A DNA stretch of 64,000 nt, from contig NC_043004.1 in the NCBI RefSeq assembly GCF_006345805.1, forward strand, positions 18,166,001 through 18,230,000, written 5' to 3'. The stretch is from Octopus sinensis (Eukaryota). A model generated the notes under the pieces. The model saw nothing but the letters and a program-made list of their open reading frames with translations. It had not been told where the DNA came from and did no database searches. A program made the translations under genes and the position numbers. This document shows positions 63,326 through 64,000 of the stretch, piece by piece (within the stretch, counting starts at the first letter, position 1; each line of letters starts with the position of its first letter).

Positions 63326-64000
63326 TGTTACGGTTTAGCTGGTGCATTTCCCGGTGACCCACATTGGAATTATGGTTCCGGCATGTCTAGTAGAAAAGTG
63401 ACAGTCTTTTGTTTAATGGAGGACTAATGGGTTTTGGAATGACCTGTGACCTCGTGCGGTTGAGAAAAGGGTCAGTGAAAATGTGAAAGAGGAAGACAGA
63501 TTAAGGGAACCTAAGAGCAGATGGAGAGGGTATTGACAGTAAGAGAGAAGGACAGGCAGAGAGTATGGTAGAGCTGTCATGAGAGAGATAGAGTATAAGA
63601 CTAAGGGACAGTTAGAGAGGGTATGAGCGGTACAGAGGGAGATGAGGGAGTGGAAGAAGGACAGAGACGAAGTGAGGTCTTGGCAGTTGTTGAGCGGTCG
63701 TCAAGAAGGGCAGTCGTGGTTGGTCGTGGAAGAACACAGACGGACCTTGGATTTAAGGAGCAAGCGTTGGAATTCTTGGGAGCGAGTTGGGATGCGAGAA
63801 GGCTTGGCGGCACTGATTGGAATATATGCGATTGGGATATGTACAGAAGGATTTGGCAGTATTCAGAGGAATTGGCAGGATTGAGAGGAATGGGACACTG
63901 GCGGATGCAATTAGGAATTGAGGTATGTGTTTGTGCATTGATATGTGTCACGAGGTAAAGAGACAGTGAAAAGAACAGTCAAGGACTCTGTCGATGTGGT
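63326..64000 (+). repeat. 3' LTR (partial)
   Basis: Matches 60220-60894 with only four transitions found by eye. Confidence 0.93.

Larger units (their letters stand above)
60220..64000 (+). mobile_element. Young non-autonomous Gypsy/Ty3-type LTR retrotransposon (3' LTR runs off the window)
   Basis: Two LTRs offset by 3106 bp, a PBS, a PPT, one long ORF and an RT-thumb remnant; no RT core, RNase H or integrase motifs. Confidence 0.93.

Overview
This is eukaryotic, AT-rich, microsatellite- and repeat-saturated DNA. The SINE, RTE and MITE families look like those of a coleoid cephalopod (Octopus-like; this is inference). The only host gene I can support is a neurobeachin-like (NBEAL1/2-type BEACH protein) gene on the minus strand. 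Eight coding exons (40859-40940, 31256-31374, 23814-23887, 9658-9740, 6981-7160, 2685-2799, 874-980, 420-503) splice with GT-AG ends and consistent phases into about 281 codons matching the NBEAL1 N-terminal region. Its first exons were not found, and the gene continues beyond position 1. The rest is intron filled with tRNA-type SINEs, RTE LINE 3' fragments, CRE-like LINE fragments, Tc1/mariner, piggyBac and hAT MITEs, and a Helitron-like element. At 60220-64000 there is a young non-autonomous Gypsy-type LTR element with an intact, unusual 540-aa repeat-containing ORF. The most interesting signals are that LTR element, several fold-back elements carrying Penelope-type minimal hammerhead ribozyme motifs, and variable-number arrays of a hairpin + H-type pseudoknot unit in RTE 3' UTRs. 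There is no CRISPR array or prokaryotic system. Most ORFs in the supplied track are microsatellite or SINE artefacts.
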